The notes below the pieces were generated by a model that did no database searches, was not told where the DNA came from, and saw only the letters and a program-made list of their open reading frames with translations. 21,649 bases of DNA from Octopus sinensis (lineage: Eukaryota). This document shows positions 20,949 to 21,649 of this stretch, piece after piece; the stretch's first letter is position 1; the number at the start of each line of letters is the position of its first letter. A program made the position numbers and the translations under genes. The DNA lies in assembly GCF_006345805.1 (NCBI RefSeq), contig NW_021823658.1:1-21649 (forward strand). Direction: 5' to 3'.

Positions 20949-21254
20949 CAATCAAATCTTTCTATAATTAAATATGCAAATTGTCTGATTGTAAATTCAA
21001 ATCACTAACTTGCAAATAGAATAAAATAATTGGTCAAATTGCCTCGAGAGACAAGAGAGAGAGGGGGAGGGAGAGATGATGATGATGATGATAATGATGA
21101 TGATGATGATGGCTATGAGTCAATCCGGTGCAACAAAAGAGACAGATGTATTTGTCTGAAACAAACGGCCGCCATATTCATTGCGGTTTTTGAGTCTTGT
21201 TTAATGTGACGGATTTTAAATCGCTGACTTGTCATCGAGTTAAGATTACAAAAG

Positions 21255-21402
21255 ATGTTGTTGTTGTTGCTGCTGCTGATGATGATGATGGTGATGTTGT
21301 TTTAATGGTGATGGTGATGCTGATGCTGATGTTATTGTTGATGTTGCTCTGGTTGTTGTTGTTGTTGTTGATGTTGTTGTTCCTGCTTCTGTTGTCGTCG
21401 TC
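21255..21402. repeat. (GTT/GAT)n tract
   Basis: Direct reading; abuts the 3' end of the minus-strand family-C copy. Confidence 0.85.
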
Positions 21403-21566
21403 GTTTAGACCAAATGCTCCCTGGATCAAGCGGACACAATATCAAAGGCTTTCCAACCGTAACAATCCCGTCTTTTCACACATGGGCTGACATACTCTAA
21501 TGTGCCCTTTACTCAAGTCGACGAGATATTACTGTAAGGAAGATTAGACTGCTATATTTAGCCTGT
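21403..21566 (-). mobile_element. Family-C dispersed repeat
   Basis: Reverse complement resembles 6479-6650. Confidence 0.55.
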
Positions 21567-21605
21567 TAAACCACTCTGTAGTGACTCCACTGACAAATAC
21601 TGAAA

Positions 21606-21606
21606 C

Positions 21607-21646
<40 letters not shown>
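21606..21646. repeat. (CT)n microsatellite
   Basis: Direct reading. Confidence 0.95.

Positions 21647-21649
<3 letters not shown>

Overview
Eukaryotic, repeat-saturated non-coding DNA (intergenic or deep intronic). It is most likely from an octopod cephalopod; this is inferred from my recall of tRNA-derived SINE families and the extreme (ATAC)n/(CA)n/(GA)n/trinucleotide load, not from a database search. No intact protein-coding gene, rRNA, tRNA gene or CRISPR array is supported. Nearly all ORF-track peptides (MYVC.., HTYI.., poly-D/T/V) are microsatellite read-through. Supported contents: about a dozen SINE or SINE-like copies (three with clear 11-16 bp TSDs); a 5'-truncated R4/Dong-type RLE non-LTR retrotransposon fossil within (ATAC)n; a Tc1 5' fragment; and a heavily decayed piggyBac transposase C-terminus. 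The most unusual structures are a 321-nt fold-back hairpin (17253-17573, about 135 bp of stem with a 39-nt side arm), a hammerhead-ribozyme-like core (12804-12828, minus strand) and a CRE-palindrome cluster (16086-16215).
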